Source: Azolla caroliniana
Taxonomy: Eukaryota > Plantae > Polypodiophyta
Length of the DNA stretch: 64,000 nucleotides
Direction: 5' to 3'
NCBI GenBank assembly: GCA_043228905.1
Contig: JBHGNT010000016.1
Location: forward strand, 2,480,001 to 2,544,000
Below, piece after piece: positions 36,217 to 49,312 of the stretch; the first letter of the stretch is position 1; each line of letters begins with the position of its first letter. The notes beneath the pieces were generated by a model that was not told the origin of the DNA, ran no database searches, and saw nothing but the letters and a program-made list of their open reading frames with translations. The position numbers and the translations under genes are program-made.

Positions 36217-36667
36217 CCATAGTACGTAATATTCTTGTTCGGTTTTCATACGTATGAAAACGAATGCGTATGTTGTAAAAACATTCTTGTGTTTGTCTTT
36301 TACACTTTTTACCTTAACTTTCTTGCCCTAAAAAAATTACCTTATACTAAGTAATGAGTGCAAAAGTATGGTATTTACCATAGTACGAGGGTGTTTTTCT
36401 TACACGAATGTTCACGAATGAGAATATAACATTCGTTTCATACGTTGAAAACGAATGCGAATGTTATCCCAACATTCTTGGTTTTTTTTTTTTGTTTCCC
36501 CCCATTTTTTTCATGTTTTTTTCCATTTTTTAGCCTTATTTACCTCATAATAAATAGTTAATCCAAATGTATGGTATTTATCATTCTTTGAGGGTGTTTT
36601 TCTTACACAAATGATTGAAACATTCGCGAATGCGATGCACGTATGGTACATATGGTTCATACTATGC
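36217..36667. mobile_element. MITE-like repeat, homolog of 6629-6954
   Basis: Starts CCATAGTACG, ends CATACTATGC; shared internal blocks, partly duplicated in this copy. Confidence 0.7.
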
Positions 36668-36839
36668 TTAAATATATGCTCGTGTTCAAACAACATGATA
36701 ATATATAAACCTTGTCGTATTATCTATCTCGATTGCTAGGATTCACAGTAACAATTTAGAACTTATTAAGGGAACGAATGAAGATTGTCGTGTGCAAGCT
36801 ATTTGAGAGAAAATATACCACACTCCCTAATACCCACAT

Positions 36840-38950
36840 CACATCCAAGTGGTAAGTGACGCCTACTTCAAAATGTTGGAAAGGCCATCAATTGCTTACG
36901 TGACTCTGAGATTGCATCTTCCGCAATTACTAAGTCATGCCTTATCATTCAATTAAACGTTGACTTGAGACTTTCTTTTCCATCCTAGATGTAATGTCCT
37001 TGAGGTTGCGAACACCACTGTTGTTAACGAATTACTATCTCTTGCTGCACTCATGGGGTCTCTCCATTGAACAATTTCAAACATTGTTGCCAAGAGACCA
37101 CTAATTGTTGAACCACAATAGATTCTGAACATTTAAATGCCCAAGTATTATTAACAACATGCCACTATAGAGATGTAATTCTTGTTTATCCAAGGTATAT
37201 ACCCCACCTCCACAAAATAACAATTTATTTATACCCAATGTTGAATGCCTATGCACATACATCTTAAAAGGTTAAATCTTCAAGGCACCATATGATCTTC
37301 TAAATGTTTTGGGGTACATATATTGCTTCATGAAACCCAATTCATACCAATTGTTTACTCTTTCTTCCACAATGTATACTTCATTGAACAAGCCAAATAT
37401 CAAGTGATTTCTTTGTTCGTGGCTACGACGGGCAAAAAAAAGAAATTATTGGTAACATTATTGCTCATACCACTTTGAGACAAGCACAAAACGACCAAGC
37501 TTGAGACTTCCAATACAAAAACTTATCTAAAATTGTACTCAATATCCAATTCAAAATTTGAGAATGTGGCATATCAACACAAACAAGGTAACCTAAGTTT
37601 TTATATATATTCCCTTGATCTAATATTTGGCCACATCATATTCCATGATCAACCAAATCACTCTCTATGCATCTAATAAACACTAACTTCCACATATTAA
37701 TATGTAATCATGATGCCAAGGCAAACACATTCCACACCTCTGTGGCTTTAGTTACATTGTCAAGTAAAGCTTTGAGAAACAAGAATGAATCGTCTACCAA
37801 TGCTTGAGTTATCAATATTTTCATAGATGGTAGAGTTATACCAACTACTTCCATATATGTTGCTAACTAATGTATCTTAACCACAAATCGGGTATTACAG
37901 TAATGGAAATTAATAATGGACTCGGTGTGCATCCTTCTCTTATTGACCTTGCCACTGGTATCACCGTAGTAACTCCACCATTTAACATAACACATGACAC
38001 TACACCTAGCCCCAACTTTCTCTATATATAGTTGTATCATGAAAACTTGTTGTCTTGAGTTCTTTGCATAATCCAGGACCAATGACACATTCAAAATATT
38101 ATGAAGGATGACCCTCTTGCAAAAAAACCCATATTTCATACCATGGACAATAGAAGGTAAAATCTTTTGAAGTTGATTTGCTTCTACTTTGACAAACATC
38201 TTATACAATCCACCCATTAATGACTTCAATCTCCATTGACCAAAAGACAAGGGAGATGTGACTTTTGGTATGAGTTTAACATGACCAAATTTCTATGTAT
38301 CATGCATATTACAATAACTCTTCCCTTCTTGTAATAACATTGTACGAGGACCTTTGAGTTGTTACTCAAAAGCTTTTAAAAACTCATTCCTAGTTCCATC
38401 CCCATGTGGACTTTTATCATTTGAAAGATGTAGCAATACACACTCCACCACTTATTTGTTTACTTTATATCCTCTTCCAAAGCGATCCTAACATGTTGCC
38501 CAACATTGCCCTTCATTTATTCAAATAGCATTCATCATGCTTGCCTCATGTCATCATTGAAGGAACATTCTTGGCTTAAAAGAGTTGTGAAATTTAATAG
38601 TAACTCGGGGTTTTGTGCGATTAATGAAATCTTTAGGTTTATTATCAATAATAAAATTGGGGTTTGTATTCAAATTTCCATCAACCTCTAGGCATACCAT
38701 ATTCATTTGGCATGGGATGCATGCAACCCATAAAAAAATTTATGTGATTGCCAATTGTGATATTGTAATTCATGTTTCATGCCCATCACATGCAATCCTT
38801 GATAACTACGAACTGGAAGATCTTGTAAATCTTGAGACAATGTCACTTGAATATTCAACAATACATCATCAAATGAGATTGAGACCAATAATGCATTACA
38901 CCTATATAGAAATTGTTGGATTAATCTCATATTCTAATTGGAAATGGATG
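36840..38950 (-). mobile_element. Heavily decayed LINE ORF2 (reverse transcriptase)
   Basis: ORF 37867-38250 GQWRLKSLMGGLYKMFVKVEANQLQKILPSIVH..GFFCKRVILHNIL..MIQLYIEK matches the LINE RT pattern WRPITLL..YK..AK..RL..L..Q.GF..R.I..N; many stops. Confidence 0.65.
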
Positions 38951-38959
38951 CTTGAGGAA

Positions 38960-41922
38960 TCCCATGAATATAAGGGGTAAAGTGTTGAATATTAGAAAGA
39001 TAAATATCCCCTATAACCCCATGGACATTGACTTGCTTCACAAACTCCCCCCACCAATTGTCCCATTTTGGCCTTTCCTTTGTCCTGTTTTGGACTCGGT
39101 TGCGACATGCTTTGGTCGCTTGGAGATTCTTGTGGTCCACTCAACCTGGTTGAGATTAGACTTTCCTCTTATGTGAACCTTAGTCGATCATCCTCATCCG
39201 CATCTGTGTCGAACTTGGCTTCGATTGTGTCGGATGAGGCTGATTCGTCTGTATATCAGGATGCTAACTCGTCGAATACTACATCCCTACTCACTCGTAC
39301 CTTCTTGGGTGGAAGGGTAAAAGCACTTATACCCTTTTTGTTCGAGTGAGTACCCTACGAGTATCCATTTCTCCGACTTGAGATCGAGCTTTTGCCACAG
39401 GTCATCGGGAATATGTACATATGTAATTGAACCGAATATCCTGACATGAGATAGATATGGTTTTTTCCCATAGAACTTTTTGCAGGGGGTAACTTCGTGC
39501 AACGATTCATCAGATAAATGGCCGTATTCGCCGCTTCAGACCAATATGACTCTGTCAGATGTTTCTCATTCATCATTGCCCTTGCCACCTCGAGTATGTG
39601 CTGATTCTTGCGATCGGCTACTCCGTTCAGCTGAGGTGTAGAAAGCCATCAGACATGCCAAACGGTTGCCTTTTCGACTTCATTTTTGAACCTTTGGAAG
39701 TGTCTGAACACTTTGCTCTTCTACCGCATGGGGTAGATCCAGGTATGTCTGGAGAAATCGTCGATGAACATTACGTAGTACCGGCAACCACTGAATGTTG
39801 TCGTCTGGGTTGGTCCTCATACATCTGAATGTATTACATCCATGATCCCTTTGCTTGTGTTCCTCTCCTTTGGGAACGGTTGTCAGTGTTGTTTGCCGAA
39901 ATGACAAGCTCCGCACACGCCTGCAATTTCCTTTTCGGCGAAGGTCGGGATTCCAATGACCACTCCTTTCGACTGCATTCCCTTGAGCTTTTGGAGATTA
40001 ATGTGGCTTATCCTCTTGTGCCACAACTCTATGTCGACGTCAACCCTTTAGCCCTTAGCATACATTGCCGAGTTCATATTGTGAGAGTCGAGGATGAACA
40101 TCCGACCTTCTCTCTGACCGTGAGCCATAAGTCGACCTTCTTTTTCAATGAAGCATCCTTCATCGTTGAAGCGGACTTACATGCCTTGTTCGACTATCTA
40201 GCCAACTGAGACCGGGTTCTTTATTATTGTAGGAACATGCAAAATGTTCTTGACGTATGTTTGGTTGCCTTCTTCCCCAAATGGGACATTGCCGATATGT
40301 TGAATGGGGTGAATTGTGTCATCCCTAGTTTCCACATAGCCGAGTCATTCGGACTTTCATAGGTCCTTGAACCAATCCTCGTGGGATGTCATGTGGTTCG
40401 ATGTGCCCGAGTCGACAAACCATACATCTTCTGGTTTGGAGGTGTTGGTCGGGTTTGAGGCTGTCATCGATGGCGCTCTGTGCCTCATCACAAACATTCT
40501 GCCATGATTGTCGTAGTCGGAGTTGGAGGCGTAGCTTGTTAGTTGTCGGCTTATGGAGGCCGACTCACTCTTCTTTTTCCGACACTCTACCTCACAGTGG
40601 TCAAATTTACCATAGTATCCGCACTGAGCGAGAATGTTTTGTCGGCTGGGTCTGGCCTGATTGCTCCCCCTTCTTCCAGACGCTCCGCCTTGCGCGTTCG
40701 AGACGTGACACGTCTTGTCAGCAATAGAAGTTGTGTCTTGGGGTTGCTCTTGGTTGTGTCGGCCTTGGTCAAATCAACCTCCTCTTCCCCGACCTTGTCC
40801 TCTTCCTCCATCGAAGTTCGAATTGAGCATCTGTCCTTCTTGCGCATTGCTTCTTGTTCGAACGTGATTCTCCTCGACCAACAACATCGACTAGAGATCG
40901 AAGGAGGGAGGATTCTCCCTCATGAGGACAGCCGACCGAATGGCCCCTAACCGAGGTGTTAAGCCTCCAAGGCAAATCTGCACCATTTCATCGTCGTTAA
41001 TGTTAACATTGATCAACCTAAGGGCGTCACACAACTCCTTGATCTTCAAGATGTAGTTGCCGATTGACATGTCCCTCTATTGTATGCCATTCAACTGTTG
41101 ACGGAGTTGAAGATTTATTGCGGTCGTGTTGGCCGTGAAAATCTTCTTGAGGTTCCCCCACGCCTCCTTTGACGTTTTGGCCTCTCGGATGTAATCGAGC
41201 TTGTGATCAATGGACACATGATGCAAGGCAGTACAACACACAACTCGCCGCATACTCCCAAGTTGGGTTGTCGACATGTGTTGGGTTGGGTTGGTTCTCG
41301 TTTGCCCCTTCGACATAACTCCAATAGCCTTGGCCGACAAGGTATTGGTGCATCTTGTACTCCCAAGATGCAAAGTTGTTTCCATCGAGCTTTTCGGTTG
41401 GAAGAGCGCTTCCCATCTGTGTGTTCATGTTGAGCTTCTTCTTGATGCGAACTATGGAGATGGCTGCTACAACAATCAGTCGGTTCTTGTTGAACTCAGA
41501 ATTGGGTACAACACACACAGAGGTGATGGGCTTCGATCAAGCAACCACGCACTCTGATACCATGTAAAGAACCGGATGGATTCTGTGCAACGGAATAGTT
41601 GTGTGTGTGTGTGGAGAGAAAGAGAGGGAGAGAGCTCACGATTATAGAAAATCAGAAAAGTGTATTACAAAGAAAGCAAGAACAACCAACACAGTTACAA
41701 AAAGAGGGGAGAAGGTGCTTATGTAGTCACCTTCTCTCTAAGTTCTCTTACTAGTACCGCCTCTTGGGAAAGAGGTCGTGTCTTAACTACTTAAAGAATA
41801 TGTGTCATAGGACATTAACTTTTATGACACTCTAGTTACTATACAAGGAGGTGGGGTGTTCACACACTTAAGTATCCTAGAGTGTGTTCCCACTCACGGG
41901 AAGTTGAGTTTGTTTCTCAACA
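38960..41922 (-). mobile_element. Truncated, frameshifted Ty1/copia: 5' LTR, PBS, gag, protease, integrase; no RT/RNase H or 3' LTR
   Basis: gag EKLDGNNFASWEYKMHQYLVGQGYW; protease WFVDSGTSNHMT (~40390-40425); pre-integrase LWHKRISHIN; integrase ARAMMNEKHL..YWSEAANTAIYLMNR, KKPYLSHVRIFGS..LVGYSLEQKGYKC; order PR-IN is copia-diagnostic. Confidence 0.9.
41552..41922 (-). repeat. Copia 5' LTR (41563-41922) and Met-i PBS (41552-41562)
   Basis: Minus strand TGTTGAGAAAC...TTTACA immediately followed by TGGTATCAGAG. Confidence 0.85.
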
Positions 41923-42167
41923 TATAGTAAATCTCACTAAAAAGCTTATAGTCAAATGCCAACCTAATGTGAAAGAAGCCCAACCTCATTGCTAAAAGCT
42001 ATGAAAATCACATTTTGGTGGTTTAGGTAGTTCTTCTTCCTTTTTGGGTTTTGTCCTTTCACGTAGTTTGTGCTAGAGCTAAATGGTGACTAAGGTTTAA
42101 AGCTATTTAGCTAAAACCCGACCACTCTATGTTTTGCATGTGTGTCATATACTCCCTCATAATAGAA

Positions 42168-42468
42168 GTGGTGGTTATATTATATCGTGATCTTATTATG
42201 TGCATGTGTGTCTAAGTCCTAATCTTCTATTAAGAGAGAGTGACTCAGTGCAAGTGTTAGTTAGACTAAGGTTGCAAAGCTAGAGGCATGAAGGGTGATT
42301 GACAACTATTCTCCCTTGGTGGTTATATTATATCTTGATATTATTATGTGCATGTGTGTCTAAGCCCTAATCTTCTATTAAGAGAGAGTGACTAAGTGCA
42401 AGTGTTAGTTAGACTAAGGTTGCAAAGCTAGAGGCATGAAGGGTGATTGACAACTACTCTCCCTTGGT
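42168..42468. repeat. Near-perfect ~149-bp tandem duplication
   Basis: GTGGTTATATTATATC..GAGGCATGAAGGGTGATTGACAACTA..CTCCCTTGG twice. Confidence 0.9.
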
Positions 42469-42469
42469 T

Positions 42470-43400
42470 TACTACTAATAGGGTGTATGTCGGTCCCCAT
42501 CTTTCGGTTCAACGATATCAACATGGAGGTTACAAAACTTAATTAATTCATTAACATGTTCCAATATCGCACACACATAAACCACACATCTATTTGGCAT
42601 TGTTGTTGGTGATAAGAATGATGCTTGAAACCATATCTTAGATGGAGAACATTTATGTGACTATCTTTATCACTCATTAATGGGTCATTAATAAGCCTCT
42701 TCTTGGTTTGCACAACGAGAACGTTGTGCAAATATCTTTGGTATTTCTCCAAAATAACCTCTTATGACTGCAAACATATTTTGCACAAATGCTCGTTGGC
42801 TATCCATGGATGTCTTTGTAAATTGTGAATTATTTCTTTATGAAGGTTGTTTCTCTAATGGTGAATTGATTTTACCATTTTTATCAAGCCTTAGACTAGT
42901 GAAATGTTTTGTCCCTTGCGATAATTTGACCCTTGCCACAGTTTTAACTTCCCTTCAAATGATCATAATTAGATATATTTAATAACCCCATAGGATTTCT
43001 AGAGGAACTTTCCCACACTTGCCCTTGTTGTTCTTGGAATTTCTCCTTTTGGTACCTTGATTGATTGGCATTAGAACCCACTTTGATCCAATGTCCATCC
43101 TCGTTCATTAAATATTGTCTCCTTTCTTCAACTTTTTCTTTTACCACATCCACATCCTTACTCTTTACCACATTCCTTATCAGATTTCACTACGTGCCTT
43201 GGTGCTAACACATTGCTAGGGGGAATATTAGACACCTCCATTACCAATATTTCTAGCATTCAACCATGAAATGGCCCAAGCCATTACATGAAAGGTGATA
43301 ACCAACAAATGATCCCTAATGCAATTGACAATGAAATGACCTCATCCCATCTGTTTTCTTGTTTAGCCACATAGGTCTCTTTTTACTTGTATTAACCTAT
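42470..43400 (-). mobile_element. Probable decayed LINE ORF1/endonuclease remnant
   Basis: Lys/Glu-rich fragment EDGHWIKVGSN (ORF 42944-43171) of the kind found at LINE ORF1 ends; same strand as the RT remnant on the far side of the copia. Confidence 0.35.
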
Positions 43401-44008
43401 ATATATTATACGCTTTTGCATTTGGGGCATCTCTTGCCAATTGTTGCATAACATTAAATTATCTGCAAGTTTGGGTCATTTGAAACGGGTAATATGTCAC
43501 ATTTTAAGAACTCTCCGACAAAAAAAGACACGAAATAGGTTGTTTGACGAAAAGGAGTGCCGCATGCGTAAAGGTTTTTAAAAAATGACCCCAAAATATA
43601 TTGATTTTTAGCATGTCCAAAAGTTAAGGGCTTTCCAAAAATGCCTAAATAATAAACACTCCAAAGTTACAAAAGGACTACCACCTATATTTATACATAT
43701 TCATGAATTGACATTTTGATGTAAAATACAATATTTACAATTCAAGTATCAGAACTATTACTTCTCCAAGCTATGCAATCATCTTCAGATCCATCCGATG
43801 AACTAAAAGTGGTTTGTGAGGTCTCACCCTCACATCACTAGCATAGGATGAACCATACGTATCATATGTGCATTCACATTCGAGAATGATTCAATCAAAC
43901 GTGTATGGTAAATCATCTCAACATTGGATTGAATTTATAAGTTGGAAAAAAGGTAAAGAATGGTATTTTGATTGAATCACATGTCATCAAGTTTCAATAC
44001 TTAGGGAT

Positions 44009-44011
<3 letters not shown>

Positions 44012-44094
<83 letters not shown>
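44012..44094. repeat. Compound (TA)n(GA)n microsatellite
   Basis: Direct reading. Confidence 0.95.
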
Positions 44095-44097
<3 letters not shown>

Positions 44098-44101
44098 AGA
44101 T

Positions 44102-44290
44102 GGATGTAGCTCAATTGGTAAGGTTGCCCAATGGAGACTAGGTGGTCATGGGTTCAACCCCTACATTCCACAGGGTCATCTAGTGAAATAGAGATATATA
44201 TGAAGTATATAATAGAGAGGTGAGGAAATTGGGTTTTGAACCCAAGACATAGTGCTTGTAGTGTTATCGACTTACCACTAGGGTAAGCTA
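44102..44290 (+). mobile_element. Bipartite tRNA-derived SINE-like element, copy A
   Basis: Plus-strand A-box TAGCTCAATTGG and B-box GGTTCAACCC; minus-strand A-like TACCCTAGTGG and B-like GGTTCAAAACC. Confidence 0.7.
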
Positions 44291-44633
44291 ATTATGACAA
44301 TAATTAAGAGAGAGAAGGAAAAAAAGTCATGACGTTTGTTCCAATTTTTACGTTATTGGGGTCTACAACACAATTGGAATATGCGTAATGATTTCATGTT
44401 TGATAATAAACATGGGGTGAAAGCCTATATAAAGAAGCTTAAAGGTATTCTCATGTGGAATTTTTTGGATGTTAGAGCATGTGGGGATCATTTCCTCAAA
44501 TGCATATTCAAGTTTTTTAATAGCATTATAGAACGTCCCTCTCCCTACATAGGCATATGATAGGTAGAGGAGACTAAGAAGTGTTGTAACTAAGTGGATT
44601 TTACATACAATTAATATAATTGTGTGCTTTTAC

Positions 44634-44675
<42 letters not shown>

Positions 44676-44686
44676 GTTGCCCAAAT

Positions 44687-44875
44687 GGATGTAGCTCAGT
44701 TGGTAAGGTTGCCCAATGGAGACCAGGTGGTCATGGGTTCAACCCCTACATTCCATAGTGGCATCTAGTGAAATAGAGATATATATGAAGTATATAATAG
44801 AGAGGTGAGGAAATTGGGTTTCGAACCCAAGACACAGTGCTTGTAGTGTTATCAACTTACCACTAGGGTAAGCTA
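44687..44875 (+). mobile_element. Bipartite tRNA-derived SINE-like element, copy B
   Basis: GGATGTAGCTCAGTTGGTAAGG..GGTTCAACCCCTACATTCCA on +; TAGCTTACCCTAGTGGTAAG..GGGTTCGAAACCC on -; preceded by (GA)n at ~44638-44672. Confidence 0.75.
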
Positions 44876-45799
44876 ATTACGATAAAAAGAAGAAGAGAGA
44901 GACGTCATCATTGTGATGACTCATATTCATATTCTGATTATGAGGATCACCATGGTCCATGACTATGATCCATCTGATTCTCAGGACCACCATGATTATG
45001 ATTCATCTAATTCTCGTTGACATGACAGATCAAGCTTATGCTCTTCTTGCTCATTATCATGGTGTTCTTGAGATTAATGTGAGCTTTGTGCACATCCCTA
45101 GCTCTAAGGATCTCCTCCATCATCCTCTCCACGATCATGAGTCACACCTACTACCCAAAACTCCCCATCGCTCCTATGTTACCTCTCTTTTGATTCATCC
45201 ACGCTTGCTTCTTCTTCGTCTTCTCCTTCTGTGCCACCTACTTCTTGGTGGCGTTATTATACTGAGGAGGCTAAGATGTAGCAGATGCCATGGAGCACTG
45301 CATCCATGGCATGGCGATAGAATCGTGGTCAATAAGATCGCCATAGACGTAGTTGTAAACGAGGTGGGAAGGAGGATCAAGAAGCACAACAGAATGGTTG
45401 GAGAAATCATGGCCGCCAAGATATGGCAGATGAATAACATTATTGATCATGTTTTGATAGGAAGAAGTAGCAAAAGAAGAAGATTCATGAGGAGGAGGAG
45501 GCACTGTTATCTATAAATTCATCACACCCCCATCATTCCTTCTATTCACATGTCATCACAATTGATTGTGGGGGGGGGGGGGAGGAGGAGAGAGAGAGAG
45601 AGAGTAGAAATTAAAGTACAAAAAAGGGACACACATTTTCCCCTTTTCAAACGTGTTCGTTTCCAAATGTTTGAATGCTTCTACGAACACTTTTATTACG
45701 TTCTGTGATCACTAACAACCAATGTATTGTCTTCATCCAATGTATGGACAACCATACTTCTATTTCTTGATTGTATGTGCCAAGGTTTATTGTTGATGA

Positions 45800-48608
45800 T
45801 ATGAATTTGCAGAATACAAGTTTGTCACTTTGGATAATGGTTGTAGGAGATTCTAACTGTCAGAAACTACAAAATGCTCTTCTCTCAGTTTCCAACTTCT
45901 TTATACAATAAGCTACGATAAAACAAAGTAATTACACTAGAAATTTGTTAAATGCTAAGAGAGGTTTGGCTTCTCTTCAAAATTTTCAAGAAAAACAACC
46001 TCCTTCTCAATATATTCATTGTGAATTACAAAATGCTATGATGCTTATTTCTTCTTTGTCGCAAAAATGTGTTCAATTCTTTTTTCAAGCATCTGCAACA
46101 AGATGGTGTGCAAAAGGTGACACCATGTCAAAAAAAAATCCAAAATGTTATGCCTAAAAGAAATAAAATTCAGATTGTACAGTTGAAAAGATCCGATGGC
46201 ACTGTCACAATGGATAGAGATGAAATGAGGCATATTGTAGCCACTTATTATGAATGTTGAAACTCTACAGATACACCAAAAAGTATAGATTGTTATTGTG
46301 GTTAAGGTAACATCTCGGATATCGCTTCAGCTTCTTCGTCCATTTTCCTCCTTTGAAACATTTCAGGCTATCAAAGGTGTTGGGCCATATGTGTGCTCGG
46401 GAGTAGATGGAATGGGAAGAGATTTTTTCATTACATATTGGGATTTGATTGTTGATGATCTACTTGCAGCATTTCAAGAAATGTTCAATATAGGTAGTAT
46501 GCCACAAAAGTGGAAAGAGGGATTGATATGCCTCATTCAGAAAGGTGATGTTGTTACGAATGAGGTAAAGGGTTCGCGGCCCATTACTTTATTGAATACA
46601 ATTTACAAAATTTATGCTAAGTTATTGGCTTTGAGATTACAACCCTTTCTTCTAGAGATTGTGCATGATTCACAGACGAGCTTTATGCAAGAATGTAGTA
46701 TTTTTTATAATGTTTTACAATTTTGGGAATTAACAGGGATGACAATGAAGAATAAAGAAGATCTTGCAATACTTTTATTAGATTTTGAAAAGGCATACGA
46801 CAAAGTTGATTAGGACTTCATGGAAGGTTCGTTTTTGAGATTAGGTTTTCCTGTTCAATGGATTAGGGTTGTTGCTTCGTTATATCGTGAGGCCTTTAGT
46901 TTAGTCTTGGTAGCCGGTGGGCAAACTAGAAAATTCTCTATTTCACATTCTGTACATCAAGGTTGTCCATTGGCCCCTTCCTGTTTTTGCTAGTAATGGA
47001 AACATTCTCAATGCACTTAAATTCTTCTCAAGTTTCTCTGAAGGGTTTGCCTTTGTCCCCTATGCAACAACAATTGTTGGATGCAGAATTTGCAGATGAT
47101 ATTGCAATTTATGTTCAAGGTAATGATGAAAATCTAAGTAATTTGCAAGAAGTAGTGGAGGAATTCTATTTGGAATCTGGAGCAAAGATAAATTGGCATC
47201 TCTTGGTTTTTGGGTATCACAAAATTCTTTGCCTACTTGGATGCCTTCGAAGGAATTCAAGTAGGTTCCTGATGGAACCACTATTGGTTACTTAGGTTGC
47301 CAAGTGGGGGACTTCATGTTACTGCATATATGTTAGTTGCTCCTCTACTTGTAAAGTTAAGGAGAAAATTGTTGCTTTGGGATTCGGTTAACCTGTCATT
47401 TGTAGGTTGTGTACTTGTAGCTAACCAAGTTCTTTTGGCTACTATTTGGTATATTACTTCTACTACGTTGTTTGCTAGATCATGTATTTTGTAGGCGCAA
47501 CGCCTCATTCGCAATTACATTTTGGGAGCTAAAACATGTCAAGATAAAAGGCCTAAAGTAGCTTGGTCAGTATCGGTTGCCCCACCACAAAATGGTGGGT
47601 TGGGGCTAGTGGATCCAGAAGCACAATGTAAGGCTTTGCTTTCTAAATTTGTGTGTACATCTATGTTGCCAATGCAAGGTGTTTGGAGTTGGTTGATGAT
47701 GCATAGGTTGTCTACGTGAATGTCCTCCAATGTTTTAGTTATTCGAGTAGTTGCAAGATCTGGAAAAAAATGGTTCTTGGATCCACCATTTCAAGAATGT
47801 TTACAGTGTTATTCATTGTGGGTTTTTCAAAAAAAGCTGCGTTACAATTTGGATTGGGATCTTGCTGATTATCAATGAAAAAAACTGAGTGTTGGTGGAA
47901 ATGGTAAATATTTGGAGTTTTTCCAATATTCGGTTAAGATAGGTAGAAATTTAATATTTCAATCAAAGTATAAATGCCTTGCTGCCATGAACCATTGGAC
48001 TGCAAATTATGTGAATGCATTGCAACTCACAAAATTTTGGAAATGGTTGTGGAGTATGCAGTTGCTGAAAAAGTGATTTGTTTTCGTTGGTTGTTGATGC
48101 ACTGTGCTCTTCCAATTGGTGATTGTTGAGGCAAAATCAGCAATATGCTTGTGGAATGCATTGTGGTGCATCTATGGAATCTATTTTGCATTTGTTTTGG
48201 TTATGTCCCAGGATCAAGCAATGTTGAAGTAAGTTGTTTTTATTAATGAGACACCATTATTCTCGTTCTATTTTCTCATGGGGTGCAGTATTATGGGGTC
48301 TCTTTCATGGAGATGTTATGATGTATGAAAGTAGGCATGCTTCTCATGTCTTACACTTTTCCCATGGGTACCTCTATCTCACTTCATTTCCATCTTTTAT
48401 TCCACGGTTTAGAATTGAAATTTTGGTTATTTGGCGTACTATTACGTCCTTAGCTCTTTGGACGATATGGAAAGTGAGATGTGATGTTTTTAATAATGCT
48501 CACATACATCTCCGCACCATTCTTATTGAATTTTGGTTGTTATTTGTCCATACCCTATGTGGGCAATATGATGATCTACAGGGTTCAGTTGATGCTCTAA
48601 GGCAATGT
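45800..48608 (+). mobile_element. Decayed L1-type LINE ORF2 (RT to zf-RVT), split by the gypsy insertion; resumes at 55110
   Basis: SRPITLLNTIYKIYAKLLALRLQ..LLLDFEKAYDKVD, SVHQGCPLAP, AEFADDI, GGLGLVDP, ALWTIWKVRC; many stops and frameshifts. Confidence 0.9.
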
Positions 48609-49239
48609 TGTCGAGGTTTTCCTCGCGGATGCGTGGAATGAGGCGGGACCTCAGGGGTCCTGTACCGAAGAGCAAGAGAGAAGGGACAAGAGACCCACTA
48701 CATGCGAGCGTAGATTCACAGGGACACGGCCCTTCGACACAAAGACGCGAGTGGGACAGCGACACAGAGAGACACGAATGTATGTATGTATTAACAAAGA
48801 CAACAACAAGAACACAGAAGCAACAAAAACACGAAGTCGATTACAACAGAACAGGCCGGCGAACAGATGCCGATGCCTGTTCGTAAACGCACAGAAAGAC
48901 AGGAGCAGGTTGGAGGTGCTGCCGAAAGCACTCGGGCATTCCTTAGAGCAGCGCGAGCCTCCCGAAACCTGCACAGAAGGAAGCTATGGAGTTTGTGAAC
49001 CAGAGAGAGAGAGAGAAGCCTTTGCACACAAACCGACAGCACTTCGTCCTCGACTCTCCGCAATCCCCCCCCCCCTTCTCGTCTCCCTCCTTTTTATAGG
49101 CAAGGAAGGAGCCGTTTCCCCTTTACTTCCTACCCACTAAATCTACCTGCCTAGGATCTTCTATGGACAACATTCGAGAAGAGCCGGTTCCTACGCTCCT
49201 GTGCACCGATTCCGCTTGTGGACGGTTTTCTTCACGACA
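48609..49239 (-). repeat. Gypsy 3' LTR (631 bp)
   Basis: TGTCG...CGACA termini; 48919-49239 is near-identical to 54776-55109. Confidence 0.9.
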
Positions 49240-49312
49240 TCCGCCCCCACCTAACCGCGCATCCACCGGCATGCGCCAAATTGAGTCGGGACGGAGAAAA
49301 CCGGTCCAGCCT

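Noticed and set aside
44687-44755. Functional tRNA gene
   Set aside because: A and B boxes are present but there is no canonical anticodon arm or acceptor geometry, and the copies are diverged parts of a dispersed repeat.
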